A DNA stretch of 63,024 nt, filler included. It is 8 parts of 8 records of this genome, joined end to end, with 100 filler letters (N's around TTAATTAATTAA, not from the genome) between each part and the next. Parts side by side here need not be neighbours in the genome. Positions count along the whole stretch, not along the records: positions 33,752 to 40,981 come from SRR2962707_5270; positions 41,082 to 48,979 come from SRR2962707_5275; 6 more parts are not named here. One strand, written 5' to 3'. How positions within the stretch are numbered: the stretch's first letter is position 1; every line of letters begins with the position of its first letter. This document shows positions 35,603 through 46,892 of this stretch, piece by piece. The translations under genes were made by a program, and so were the position numbers. The notes beneath the pieces were generated by a model. That model ran no database searches. It had not been told where the DNA came from and saw only the letters and a program-made list of their open reading frames with translations.

Positions 35603-38600
35603 TTAGATCTTAGGGATCGACGACAGCTTCTGTTTGCTTCCACGTCTGCTATCCTTCTTACTCTTTTTGTGTTTGTCTTTTTTCTTGCTTTTCTTCTGCT
35701 TGTCTTTCTTGCCAGACGGTCCAACTGGCAACGATGACAACGAATCGCCTTGCCTCCCGCTACCAATTCCAGCGCTACTGCCAGGGCCAGGGACGCTCTC
35801 ATGGTGCTTGCTCGATCTTGAGAGAGCTGGAATGGCTGCACTTAGGCTACTTGTGCCATTGTGCAAGTCTTTGTGACTGCTGCGGCTACTGCTGCGCTGC
35901 TTGTCTTGTTCACGACCCCGCGTTGTGCTCGTAGATGGGAGTCCCATCGAGCGGCTGTTTATTCCCGTCGCTGGCAGGCCGCTGCCACTTCGACCGAGTC
36001 TACCCGTCGAAGGTGACAAACTTGAAGCTGAATGCTGTTGGTGCAAACGTTGAAGTCCCGCTGATGGCAACATGCTCGATGTTGCGCCATGCCCTCCAAC
36101 TACATCACTTTTGCCTCGACGAGGGCCACCACTGCTAGATGAGAGTACCGGCATACTATGATCGGGATGGCCGCGGCGCTGCTGCCGATCATGATCATGG
36201 TCCATTCCCCCACGCTGAGGATTCGGAAGAGTCATTGGTGCACGAGGACTCTTGCGACTGGCACCTGGTCCAGGGAGTTTCAGAGCAGAGCCTCCGAAAC
36301 TTGAGTTGTTCGAGCCGGAAATGTTCCTACTTTGCGACGCAGGGGGTAAAGCTGCTGGCAGTGCACTGTTTTCGGTCTCTTTCTTTGACTTCTTCTTCTT
36401 CTTGTCCTTCTTCTTTTTCTTCTGCTTCTTGTCTGGCTGGCTTTCTGAAGGTCCAAGACTGTCATTGTCGGTAGTGCTGCTGCGTGGAAGCACGGTGGAT
36501 GCAGCCTTTTTATTGTGCGGAGCGAGAGCGCAAGCCTCCTCGTGCGCAGAGACAACATTGAACGATCCCTGAAACCCACAATTGTAGTCACAGCCATAAA
36601 GTGGCTCTGCGGGCTCTTGTGCGCTGGGTGACTCAGCTGGCGTCTCCTTCGCGATATCTCGAATTTCACTGTCACTGTGACGATGATCATGATGGTGATG
36701 ATGCTTTTGGTGCTTGCCATGCTTCTCACGAGCTTTCTTGTTCTTCTTTAAAGCCTTTTTACTATTGTCGCCGCTGCGGCTGCCAGATGATTGACGTGAT
36801 CGGTTGGTGAGATTCAATTCGTTTAGTTTGCGAGCGCGGGGTGTTTGCGCGCGGTTGGCCGCGAGCTCTGCAGCAATCAAAGCTGCAGACTTCTTACTTT
36901 GTTGCTTGGTGTCACCATGACGGCCGCTTAAAGCACCAACACTGTCGTGCTGCTGTCGTTGCTGATGAGCTTGATTGTTGTCACGCTCTTCCTCCGCAAG
37001 CCTAGCAAGCTTTTTCTTCCACTTCCGAACATAGTGTTCCTTGGTGTGCCGCCCTGACTCGATATGGGTTTGTATTTTCTGAATCTTTTTGAAAGTGATC
37101 TGACCCTGCTCGAGCATGGTCTCGATCAGCGAGTCGAAGTCAACATCTGCTGTGGGGCCGGTCGACACCTGCGCAAGCACCTTCACGCGCGATGACGCCT
37201 CTCCTTGTGGCTTTTTGCCCTCTCCTTGACCATGTTGTGTGGGATATCGCGATGGGCTTACAACAGGGTTTAAGCTGCGAGGTGAACTGCGAGAGCGCGA
37301 AGCCTGCAAATATAGTTTAAGGAAGCAGGTGTATCATGCAAAAAGCAGCATACTTGACACCAAAGCTCATTGGATGCGAAAGGCAGCAAAAACATTCGAA
37401 GTTCAAGCGCACCGTCAGAGAAGCAATTGACTCTCCAGAGCCAGAGGGTTTTCGCGACCAATCGTGAAAGTGATCAGAGAATCCCGCTTCTCGACTGTGA
37501 ATCTCATCTTCGTAATCTTCGTTAGAGAGCTGGCTTTCTCTGGTCTGGTGTAAACTGCTTTCCAAGGAATTGCCTAAATGAGATCGTGTGTCGCTGGCTT
37601 GAGCTAGATAATCTTCGTCCAGAGCAGAGTCTTCGCTTCCATTATGGCTGTAAATTTCAGCACCTTCATCTTCAGCCTCTGTTCTTTGCACATGACTGGA
37701 AAAGGACGATCCACTCCCCTCTCCAGGTCCAACCTCGACGTCAGAGATGTCGTCGTCATAATTCGGATTAATTTTGCTTGATTCGCGCACTCCATTTCGG
37801 TCAACGAACAAATCGAGTTTGATGCGTGGCGATGCTTGTTGCATCTTGGATGTGCTGGGGTGGTGGCGAACTGGGGAGACAGTTCCTGAACCATACTCCT
37901 CACTGCCATGATTGCGAGGATCAGTTGCGTCACTTTCAACGCCCAAATCGTCACCTTCGTTGCTATCGTAGCTGTCGTCAAAATTCGGAACCTGTGAAAA
38001 ATCTGGGCGCACTTGCGAGTTGTGAACCTGTTTTAGCAGTAAACCCGCTTCCACACGACTGCCATCGCTAAGAGTGGCATCTTCTGTTAACTTGACGTCG
38101 TAGAGTGCGTCAGACTGATTGTCATAAACGCTCACGATTTTCCCGGCAACCGTGCCTTCAGCTTCTGCGGCAGGAACAATCACTGATTCCGTTACAAGGA
38201 CGGCAGTTCCGGCAGGGAAGAGCCCCGAAATCAGAGCATCCGTTTCTCCGAGTGCGACAAAGCGGCGGTCAAAGTGTGCATCCGGCGCAACATGCTGATT
38301 GTGAGTGCTTGGTTCAATGTCGCTTCCATACTCATCGTCTTCGTCCTCGTCGTCATGTTCAGATGCCCATCCTCCTAAAACCTCGGGCGATTGTTCCGGA
38401 GAGCTAAAAGCCGGTTGGTCAATGCCTGCGTCCTCGGCATACTCGATACCACGCGTTTCGCCGATTTGCGAGCTTTGGGCAGAGTCCTGACTCCAGCCAG
38501 TCGCTTCACCCTCTCTATCGCTCACAATTGCATCCTTGGGACTGCCATCCTCGCTTGCACCGTCAGAAAACGCGTCACTATCGCGATCGCTGGCGCTCTG

Positions 38601-40943
38601 ACTGCCGTATTCCTCAAACTCACCATGACTACTCTCAAACTCGTCCTCGCGACGAACATTGCTTCGTGCACTTGCACCCAGCTGAATATGCGACCGTCGC
38701 GACGAACGCACAACGGTTTGGTCCGCAGAATCGGACAATGACCGGTCATCAACACCGTCCCTGTAAAGTTCTTTATCTGACTGACTTCGACTGCTGTATT
38801 CTCCATGGCCAAGTGATGGTTCAGGGACGTCCCTGGAGTCGAATGAATCAGCAGGACCGTCGTATTCGGCTTGATGCGCGGCCAAACTTTCATCATCGTG
38901 TGATTTTCCTTGCGGCCTGCCTAAACTGCCCGAATCGTGATGAATATCGAGAGATGGATATCCGCCCTGCTCACTGGGTTCTGCAGTGGGAGACTGTCCT
39001 TTGCTGAGGTTGAGACGCAAGGATTTGATCGGCGACGTGGCAGGATTACGGCTGACCTTTAGGGGAGCATCATACGTGTTGGTCGATTGCTGATCATCCA
39101 CAGATTCATGTCCTGCCTGGTCAATGTTGTCGGCATTGAGATCGTCCACGGATGACTCTGACAGGCCATCGTAAAGCCCGTCGAAATCATCGTCCAATTG
39201 TCCGCCCACGGTATTGTTGCGGTCACGCGACGACGCGTCAGCGTCGGACAGCTGTAGCGCAGGGGATGGTTCGGACTCCAGCAAGGGCTGGCCGAGAGCG
39301 TCGTCTGGGAAGCTACGATCGCTGGTTTGCAGCTCGTCTTCCGAGTCTCCGCCTGCTGCGGCACTGACACCTGGAGTGGATTTATTCGCTTCATCTCCCG
39401 TTTCTGGTACGTCAAAGCCGTATTCACCCTCTTCATCACTTTGTGATTGTGACAAAGGAGAATGTTCGTCATCCAGCTCGTTTGGCACTTCAATTTCGTC
39501 GAAGGCAGCCATGCGCTGGGAGACTTCAGAGTCAGAGTAGGATGACGAATCGTTGAACGAGGTGGAAAGGTTGAACGAAACATCAACTGCAGATGCTCGT
39601 GGCGACGATGTATCGGCTGGGCTGCGATTGGCTGACCGTGTGCCAGTGCCACCAGATCCAGGCCTGAGCGACCCATCAAAAGGCCCTATCCACGAATCTT
39701 GATCGTCCTGCTGAGGACGCATCGACTCTGACAAGCCACCTCGAGGAATGCGTCGAACCGCGATGCCGCCTGTCCAATCTGATTGTCGGCTTATCGACGC
39801 AGCATCGTCGTTGTCGTTCTCATCAAACGTCCGTTGCACAAGTGAGCTGCTTAGTAGGGTGCCAGGTGGAACTTTCTTCAAAAGTTGGCGGTGGCGAACG
39901 CTTTCTGAGCCATTGGCATGTTGAGGCGTTGTCAAAGATCCAGGTTTCACCCCAGTATCCACCGCAAGACGGAGAAGTTCTCGCTTGTGCTGAGGGCTTG
40001 AAAATTTCGCCACCGCCAGTGCTGCTGCATCAGCTCCAATAGGTTCACTCTGCAGCTGCAGCTGTACCTTCCGTTCGTTCCACCAAGCCTTGAACGCTCC
40101 TCCGGCCCGCTCACTTGACTGTGAGGAGCCCTCTGCACCAACCGACGTGCTGCCGGTCAGTTCCGGGGATGAGAGTGACAGTGCCGACGACTGCGATGCC
40201 TTTTTCCGAAGTGCTGCTTTTTGGCGCGCACGAAAAGCTTTCAGGCGGTCTTTGTAGATCGCCCTCGACGTGAGAATGCGTGTGCGGCGGCTCCTCCGCG
40301 TCAATGTACTGTTTCCAAAGGCGGGAGCTGCCGTTTGGGGCCGCAAGTCCTCCGAACTATTTGATTCTGTACTGTGGGAAGCAGGGTTCCCGGAAGCGGT
40401 GCTTGGGCGCCGAAGCACAGCTCGAGGTGATGTAAAAGCTTGCTGCGGTGAAATTCTTTTGGACGAGGCCGCTGCCGCTGCCGCTGCGGCGCTCGTGACC
40501 CTCGGCGATAGTCCGGATTGCAGAGCCCGTGCAACCCGCGGTGACAGGCCAGGCTTCAATCCTTCTGCAAAGCCCCAATTGCGTGAACGCCGGTCGCCGG
40601 GGGCTCGTGAAGGATCAGACGGACGGCGCTGCCGCGGCGGCGTCCCAGGCGGGCGGCCGCCTGAGGACGAAGCGGCTGCTGCGGTAACGCGTGGAGACAA
40701 GAGAAATCTGGGAGAAACGCCGGCAACGTGGTTGCTGCTGTTGTTGTGGTTTTGGCTTCCCCACGAAGCACTGCGCCGGTGCCCCTGCGTCCTCAGCGCT
40801 TCGCCAAGAGAAATTGCGCTAGCAGAAAGTTTATCTCGTGGTGACCCTGCCGCCATATCTTCTGCACTCCGTGCCACAGCGAGCGGCGAAAAATTGCGTG
40901 CTGGAAGACTGGCTGACAAATTCAAACGTCGGCGGTCGTCCAT
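35603..40943 (-). CDS. Large low-complexity, disordered protein (two exons)
   Basis: ORFs 37317-40943 and 35603-37309 join in frame via intron 37304-37412. Rich in SPR motifs, Ser/Asp and Lys tracts. Contains a CDYNCGF...HEEAC motif. Confidence 0.7.
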
Positions 40944-40981
40944 GCTGCTGCTGTGTTGCAGCAGCAGCAGCAGCAGCAGCA

Positions 40982-41081
40982 NNNNNNNNNNNNNNNNNNN
41001 NNNNNNNNNNNNNNNNNNNNNNNNNTTAATTAATTAANNNNNNNNNNNNNNNNNNNNNNNNNNNNNNNNNNNNNNNNNNNN
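40982..41081. other. Artificial contig linker
   Basis: Same spacer. Confidence 0.99.
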
Positions 41082-41111
41082 GGATCGAACCTACGACCAA
41101 TTGATTAACAG
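41082..41111 (-). other. att site: tRNA-Asn(GTT) fragment from anticodon loop to T-arm
   Basis: Minus strand CTGTTAATCAATTGGTCGTAGGTTCGATCC. tRNA similarity stops at the anticodon loop CTGTTAA. Confidence 0.85.
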
Positions 41112-41241
41112 CCCCGTCAGTGCCATTTCGCCCGTTTTCTCCGACATACGCTTGATGGCCATAAATCATTGATAATGAACATTTATTCTTGACCGTTTGT
41201 GCGCTCATGACTCATCTTCAGCGCTATAATTCGCTGCTCAG

Positions 41242-41262
41242 TGCTTCCGTAGTGCTTCCGTA
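41242..41262 (+). repeat. Tandem TGCTTCCGTA, candidate integrase arm-type sites (left)
   Basis: Two copies with an 11-bp period. The same pair recurs at 48863-48883. Confidence 0.7.
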
Positions 41263-41301
41263 AATGGAGGACGGGAGGGGTAAAATGAAAAGGTGCAAGC
41301 A

Positions 41302-42489
41302 ATGTCAAAGTTAACAAAGAGATCAGTTGAAGCGCTCGAAGTCAGCGGCAAGGACTATCTTGTCTGGGACGCGGAACTGTCTGGATTTGGTGTTCGCGTG
41401 TTCTCATCAGGCCGGAAATCATATCTGGTTCAGTATAGGGCAGGCGGGAGGACTAGACGGCGCTCCATTGGGCAGCATGGCGTGTTGACCGCTGAGGAAG
41501 CCCGCAACGAAGCGCGAAAGCTATTGGGGGAGGTAGCGAAAGGAGGCAATCCCTCTGAGGATCGTCAACAGCATTTGCGTGGGCCGTCGATGGCGGCATT
41601 GTGTGACCGTTTTCTGACTGAATACGCTGAACACCACTGCAAGCCGTCAACCCGCAAGGGTTATGAGATTGTTGTTCGGACCTGCATCAAGCCCAAGCTG
41701 GGACCGCGTAAGATCGTTGATATCTCCCGCGCAGAAATCGTGGCTTTTCACCATGGCATGCGTGACCGACCATATATGGCAAATCGTGCCGTCAGCATTT
41801 TGTCCAAGATGTTCAATTTGGCAGAAGACTGGGGCATGCGCAAAGACGGTGCGAACCCAGCACGGCGGATTAAGAAGTTCAAAGAGGAAGAGAAAAAGCG
41901 ATACTTGTCAGATGATGAGCAAGCAAGGCTAGGTGACGTGCTCGCAGAGGCGCTGGAAATGGGGCAGGAGACGCCTTACGTGGTTTCAGCGATATACTTA
42001 CTGATGCTGACCGGATGCCGCTTAGGAGAGATTTTGACGCTGCAATGGGATTATGTGACCGCCCGTCATTTAGAACTGCCTGACAGCAAGACAGGTCGGC
42101 GGCGTATTCCGTTACCGCGTGAGGCCTATGATGTGATCATGTCATTGCCGCGTGTGGTTGGTAATCCGTATGTGATTTTAGGTGAAAGCGACGAGGGCCA
42201 CCTGATCAACCTGCAAAAGCCGTGGCGGCGGATCAAAGCGAAAGCGGGAATTGATGATGTTCGCATGCATGACCTGCGGCACACTTATGCCAGTGTCGCT
42301 GTCATGAGTGGGATTGACCCCTTTCTTTTGAAAGAAATTATGGGCCACAAGAACTTACAGACCACGCTGCGCTATTCGCACTTCGCAGATGAGGCCGTCC
42401 AGAAGGCCGCAGGATCGGTCGCCAGTCGTTTGGCCGGCGCTATGAGGCGATCCGTGGTGGATCAGCCCAAGCTGCGTGTCGTGAGCTAG
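41302..42489 (+). CDS. Tyrosine integrase with arm-binding N-terminal domain (P4-like)
   Basis: KLTKRSVE..WD..LSGFGVRV..SGRKSY, TGCRLGEI, SKTG, HDLRHT, MGH, RY. Confidence 0.95.
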   Translation: MSKLTKRSVEALEVSGKDYLVWDAELSGFGVRVFSSGRKSYLVQYRAGGRTRRRSIGQHGVLTAEEARNEARKLLGEVAKGGNPSEDRQQHLRGPSMAALCDRFLTEYAEHHCKPSTRKGYEIVVRTCIKPKLGPRKIVDISRAEIVAFHHGMRDRPYMANRAVSILSKMFNLAEDWGMRKDGANPARRIKKFKEEEKKRYLSDDEQARLGDVLAEALEMGQETPYVVSAIYLLMLTGCRLGEILTLQWDYVTARHLELPDSKTGRRRIPLPREAYDVIMSLPRVVGNPYVILGESDEGHLINLQKPWRRIKAKAGIDDVRMHDLRHTYASVAVMSGIDPFLLKEIMGHKNLQTTLRYSHFADEAVQKAAGSVASRLAGAMRRSVVDQPKLRVVS

Positions 42490-42673
42490 CCTTGCCCCGC
42501 GAGGCTCGCGCATTGATGGAAATGCTAGATTTGCTATGTGCATCTGTCCGATGCTGCTGTTCAAAGAGCGGCCGGACAGATTGCCAATCAACTTGTTGCC
42601 CCATTAGGAGCTGTGGCGTCTCAAGGCGAAACGCGGTTTAAGTACCTTCAAATCTAAAGCAGGTCACCGATAG

Positions 42674-43498
42674 GTGGCACGTTGTGAGGATCGCGCGATG
42701 TGGGACCACCGTCTATTCTATGTGTTGAGCGAGGTGTATTGGCGTACGGGTCACGCAATGTATGGCGACATCTGGACGGGATACGAAACCACATATCGCC
42801 CCAAGGCCGATCTGTCGGTTTTGCGTCAAAAGCACAAGAACGCTGCGCGGGATTTTGACCAACACCTAAGCCAAGCAAAATTCTTGCGTATGCATTACCC
42901 CGAGAATGCGACCGACGTGGAATACCGATCGCACCAAGCGGATATAATAGCCGCAGAAGCCGCTGCCGCTGATGCTAGGTTAAAGCGAGATCAATTGAGC
43001 GACGCACTACGTGTTCCCGAACAAAACCAAGAGAATTTTGATCGCGGTGCAGGTGTTCAGCGACGTCTTATAAGAGCATTCAGCCATGGTGAACTTGCCT
43101 TGATCTTTGGGACTGGTTTGCAGGTCGAATGGGGTAAATGGGCGCGCCACGCGACCTTTCGCGTAAGTTTCGCACAATCCTTGATCTATGCGCCGTCCGA
43201 TCTCAGCGGCACAAGACGCGCAACAGGATTCGTAGAGCGGAAAGCTTTTGATGATTGGCTTTACGGGCCTTTCGATATTGAGGTCCGTTTGGCAAAACGC
43301 GAGGGTTCGGAACAGTTTTCGGAAATGCGAGATTGGTTTCTCAACTTGATTGTAGCAAACTCCAAAAAGCCGAATAGGGAAGATTGCGAACGCCTATTTT
43401 TAAAGGGATTTTCCCCGAATGGTAAAACTACTTTCGCTGATCTTTGGAAAGCATTTGCGCCGGACCATTGGCGGCAACGAGGCCGCCCAAAGTCTTAG
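42674..43498 (+). CDS. Hypothetical protein
   Basis: 274-aa ORF after the integrase with a C-terminal helical segment ending GRPKS. Start uncertain. Confidence 0.65.
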   Translation: MARCEDRAMWDHRLFYVLSEVYWRTGHAMYGDIWTGYETTYRPKADLSVLRQKHKNAARDFDQHLSQAKFLRMHYPENATDVEYRSHQADIIAAEAAAADARLKRDQLSDALRVPEQNQENFDRGAGVQRRLIRAFSHGELALIFGTGLQVEWGKWARHATFRVSFAQSLIYAPSDLSGTRRATGFVERKAFDDWLYGPFDIEVRLAKREGSEQFSEMRDWFLNLIVANSKKPNREDCERLFLKGFSPNGKTTFADLWKAFAPDHWRQRGRPKS

Positions 43499-43677
43499 AT
43501 TAGAGAACTTTCTATTTAAGCAGCCCCGATTTTCATTTATTATAAGGCACTGATTTTATTTCACTTTATCTTCAGTAAATTTCTTATTTTAGCCATGCCG
43601 ATTTTTATTTTTTACGGTCCATCGCCTACGTACCTTGTCCTCACATCAAGTAACGCAACCGACGTGAGGTCACACCA

Positions 43678-43893
43678 ATGCAGCAAACTGAACCAAGTCC
43701 TAGCAGCCTAGTAAATGAACGCGAAGCCGCGTCGATCCTTTGCTATTCTGTCCGCGCGCTCCAGAATTGGCGGCACCGTGGCGGCGGACCCGACTTTATA
43801 AAAGTATCGTCCCGCTCTGTTCGCTACCGTCGCACCGATTTGGAAAAATGGATCGCGGCCCGAACAGTTAGCAACACCAGCCAAACCATTTAA
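43678..43893 (+). CDS. AlpA/excisionase-like HTH protein
   Basis: LVNEREAASIL..SVRALQNWR..GGGPDFIK..RSVRYRRTDLEKWI. GAGGT precedes the ATG. Confidence 0.88.
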   Translation: MQQTEPSPSSLVNEREAASILCYSVRALQNWRHRGGGPDFIKVSSRSVRYRRTDLEKWIAARTVSNTSQTI

Positions 43894-44030
43894 CACACCA
43901 GTTTTGCCTCAGAGGGCTTGGCAGCACCTTTGAGGATTTTGGGGCCGAAAGGCTTTCAAACGGGCGCGAAGTTTCGCAGCTTCGCGCCCTTTCTGTGTCT
44001 GCCGTTCTCTCAAACACAAAGGTTTCCACA

Positions 44031-44252
44031 ATGACAAAAACGCCCGCCTACAAGTTTCGACTTGGACTTATCAGCGCAACCATCTGGGATAACGACGGCT
44101 TCTACTCCGTTGATTTAGCTCGTTCTTATAAAAACAGCGAAGGCCAGTGGCAAAGCACCGCCAGCTACGGACACGCCGATCTGTTGAACGTTGCAAAGTC
44201 CGCAGAACGCGCGGAAAACTGGATCGCGAGGCAAGCAAATGCAGCCAAATAA
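44031..44252 (+). CDS. Small putative ssDNA-binding protein
   Basis: 73 aa, beta-strands then a helix (ISATIWDN..YSVDLARSYK..GQWQST.SY...DL), directly upstream of rep. Function is inferred. Confidence 0.55.
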   Translation: MTKTPAYKFRLGLISATIWDNDGFYSVDLARSYKNSEGQWQSTASYGHADLLNVAKSAERAENWIARQANAAK

Positions 44253-45657
44253 GTCACCCCGCAAAAACCCAGTTCGGCCCCAAAATAAAAGCTGCCCCGC
44301 CGGAGGCACCAACCAGCCCGAACAAGTACCAAATCAGACAGCCAATCGCACCCCAAGGGGGGTGGTAGTAGCACCCCCCTCTGGAAATACATCCACCATT
44401 CCCGACATGACCATTTTGCATAAAGGTTTTGATACGATTGCCTTGTCAATCAAGGCTACTTTGACGCCAGAATTTCTGACGCATCTGGAAACGGAGCAGT
44501 CACGCGCAAAGACCGACAACGCCTCTGTTCTTTGCACCTATCGCGACGTTGAATTCCACCTCAAGCACCACGGTGGCGCGGGCTACCAGTTCTTGCTGGA
44601 TAGCGGGGCGGACGGCGCGTCGTGGGCTTTCAAACGCCCCCACCCCAAAGACCCTTGGGGCATCCGTATAAGCATCGGTTCGCGCTTTCTGGCCCTCAAC
44701 GGTCTGGGCCGTGCTAAGGCCCACGTAGAGGACACTCTGGCCGCGTGGGGCATCCGGTTCCAAGCCGAGGACGTCAGCATCGCCCGCGTTGATTTTTGCG
44801 TCGACGTCTTCGCGCCGAATTTTACTTTGCAGCCGGATCATTTTGTCATGCACAGCGGCACGGGCAGACGCGATCATATCACCGATACAGAGAAATCAGT
44901 GAACGGAAAATCGGGACGCACCACATCGGTCACGCTGGGGAAAATGCCGAACCGCCAAGTTATCGTATACGATAAACGCGCCGAGGTGATTGCACGGTCC
45001 AAAACATATTGGTGGGCGATCTGGAACGATACGCTACGTAGGCAAGGCTTGCCGCTTCTACACTATGATACACTACGTAGGGAAATTCATGCAGGCCCCA
45101 GTTCCCCTATAGTATCCTACATAGAGAAACCCGCCCACTATATCGCAAATATAGACGCGACCGATCCTACCATCAGCCGTGTGTGGCGGTTCGAATTTCG
45201 GGCTGGCAAAGATTACCTAAAGGATACTTGGGGCATCCGCACGTGGGGCCAGTTGTTTGACCTCTTTGGCGATCTGGTCCGGCATACGGGCGACGTCGTC
45301 CGCTATACCGCCCCGAATGATGATCCCAATCGCAGCCGTTGGCCCAATCATCTGATATGGGAAACCGTGGTCGCAGAAATGAACGATGATCTGCTGGAAA
45401 TGCGAAGCGGTGCTGATCCCAATCCGATGAAGGAAGTTCACAGAGAGAGCCACATCAGCTTGATCATGCGGCAAGTGTTCGGGTCACACATTACTTTGGC
45501 TGCGTTACACGGCGTTGAGGATGAGGACCTTCCAAGTTTTATGGATACCACCCTGAACGGGCTGAAAGACATGGCACAGGCTGAACCAGAGGACACCGCT
45601 AAGAAGCTCCAAAGCGCCAAGGATCGCTATCGGTTTGTAGGGTCAGAAGGTGCGTGA
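44239..45657 (+). CDS. Rolling-circle replication initiator/relaxase, Rep_trans-like
   Basis: GFDTIALS, ARVDFCVD, TLGK...IVYDK (candidate catalytic Tyr), WRFEFR. Start is 44239 or 44407. Confidence 0.78.
   Translation: MQPNKSPRKNPVRPQNKSCPAGGTNQPEQVPNQTANRTPRGVVVAPPSGNTSTIPDMTILHKGFDTIALSIKATLTPEFLTHLETEQSRAKTDNASVLCTYRDVEFHLKHHGGAGYQFLLDSGADGASWAFKRPHPKDPWGIRISIGSRFLALNGLGRAKAHVEDTLAAWGIRFQAEDVSIARVDFCVDVFAPNFTLQPDHFVMHSGTGRRDHITDTEKSVNGKSGRTTSVTLGKMPNRQVIVYDKRAEVIARSKTYWWAIWNDTLRRQGLPLLHYDTLRREIHAGPSSPIVSYIEKPAHYIANIDATDPTISRVWRFEFRAGKDYLKDTWGIRTWGQLFDLFGDLVRHTGDVVRYTAPNDDPNRSRWPNHLIWETVVAEMNDDLLEMRSGADPNPMKEVHRESHISLIMRQVFGSHITLAALHGVEDEDLPSFMDTTLNGLKDMAQAEPEDTAKKLQSAKDRYRFVGSEGA
44356..44380 (+). 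other. Hairpin, candidate double-strand origin/nick site
   Basis: AGGGGGGTG-GTAGTAG-CACCCCCCT, a perfect 9-bp stem at the 5' end of rep. Confidence 0.55.
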
Positions 45658-46047
45658 AGGTCGGAATGCGGTCATTCGCTACGGGTGCGAAATTGTAAGA
45701 GCACCTGCACGGTAGCCGACATTCGGGCTGGTTGGGTATAACACAGGCTGGTTTCGAAAAAGAGAACGGATCTAATTCATAAGTATTTGGGTGAATATTG
45801 ATCGGGGCAATGTGCGATGTTGGGGTCGAGGCGGGAAGCACAAGCGGCGCTGTTTTATGAGTTCTCGCATTCCTGCGTTGGGATTTTCACACTTGTCCTT
45901 TGACTTCTTTGCGGTGATAAAACTCCGGCTTGTCTTACCCAAAGACGTACATTTTAATTTGCCAAACTACTGCCATTACAGAGCCTCACTTTGACACCAA
46001 TAACTCAAGATGAACTGATCCTATGAAATTTAAAAATACTAAGGAAC

Positions 46048-46500
46048 GTGGTGATGGATGATCAAACCGCATCAGTAATTGCAATAGTTGTTCTTCTTGT
46101 TGTCCTCGTGGCGCTTATAAAAGGTGCCATCAAGACATTTCAACGAAATTGGATTGCCGCGCTTCTGCTTCTGTTGGTGCTTACCCCGATTTGGGCGATT
46201 TGGGCATTCGTTGAGCTTTTTACGGGTCCGATCAACAAAGCGCCCGCGCAACCCACCTCGAACACCCAAAGTGTCAATGTAACCCTGGTAAATCAAACCG
46301 ATGGAACGACCAGAAGGATTGATGGCATTCAGTCTGATGAATATAGGAACGTCATAGATGCGCGGGTCGTCAACGAGGAGTCGGCATTAGACCAACCCTC
46401 TGCTTCCTTGCAGAAAGATGATACAAAGGAGTGCCCATTCTGTGCTGAGACCGTGCGTCGTAATGCCGTCGTTTGCCGGTATTGCAACAGGGACATCTGA
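46048..46500 (+). CDS. Membrane protein with C-terminal zinc ribbon
   Basis: Two N-terminal TM helices and CPFCAETVRRNAVVCRYC at the C-terminus. Confidence 0.8.
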   Translation: MVMDDQTASVIAIVVLLVVLVALIKGAIKTFQRNWIAALLLLLVLTPIWAIWAFVELFTGPINKAPAQPTSNTQSVNVTLVNQTDGTTRRIDGIQSDEYRNVIDARVVNEESALDQPSASLQKDDTKECPFCAETVRRNAVVCRYCNRDI

Positions 46501-46508
46501 AGATACTC

Positions 46509-46892
46509 ATGAAGAGCGAAATCGAAAAATACGCTTCGCAAAAATTGCGGGACCTTGGGAAAATCTTGAGGCAGCGCGATCGCGGCGTCGTTGTCGGGGC
46601 GGTATTGTCCTTCATTCCAATTTTCCCTGCCTGCACGATCGGCCTCATCATATCGGCATTCAACTTTTTCCTGATCTTGAGAGGGAAGTTGGGCAAGGAT
46701 GAAGAACGTCTTGTAAAGATTAGTATGGTCGCGGGATGCTTGAACAGTATCCTTTGGATATACGTCTTGTTCTATATTGGGCGTGAGTTAATTCCCGCTA
46801 TCGGCTATTTCTTCGATGCATTATTTGCGCTGTTCAATCGATTCGGCATCGATGTGTTGGGGCTTAGTGGCTCAAGTGGACTTGATGTCTGA
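46509..46892 (+). CDS. Hypothetical membrane protein
   Basis: Hydrophobic ORF starting 8 nt after the previous stop (MKSEIEK). Confidence 0.65.
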   Translation: MKSEIEKYASQKLRDLGKILRQRDRGVVVGAVLSFIPIFPACTIGLIISAFNFFLILRGKLGKDEERLVKISMVAGCLNSILWIYVLFYIGRELIPAIGYFFDALFALFNRFGIDVLGLSGSSGLDV

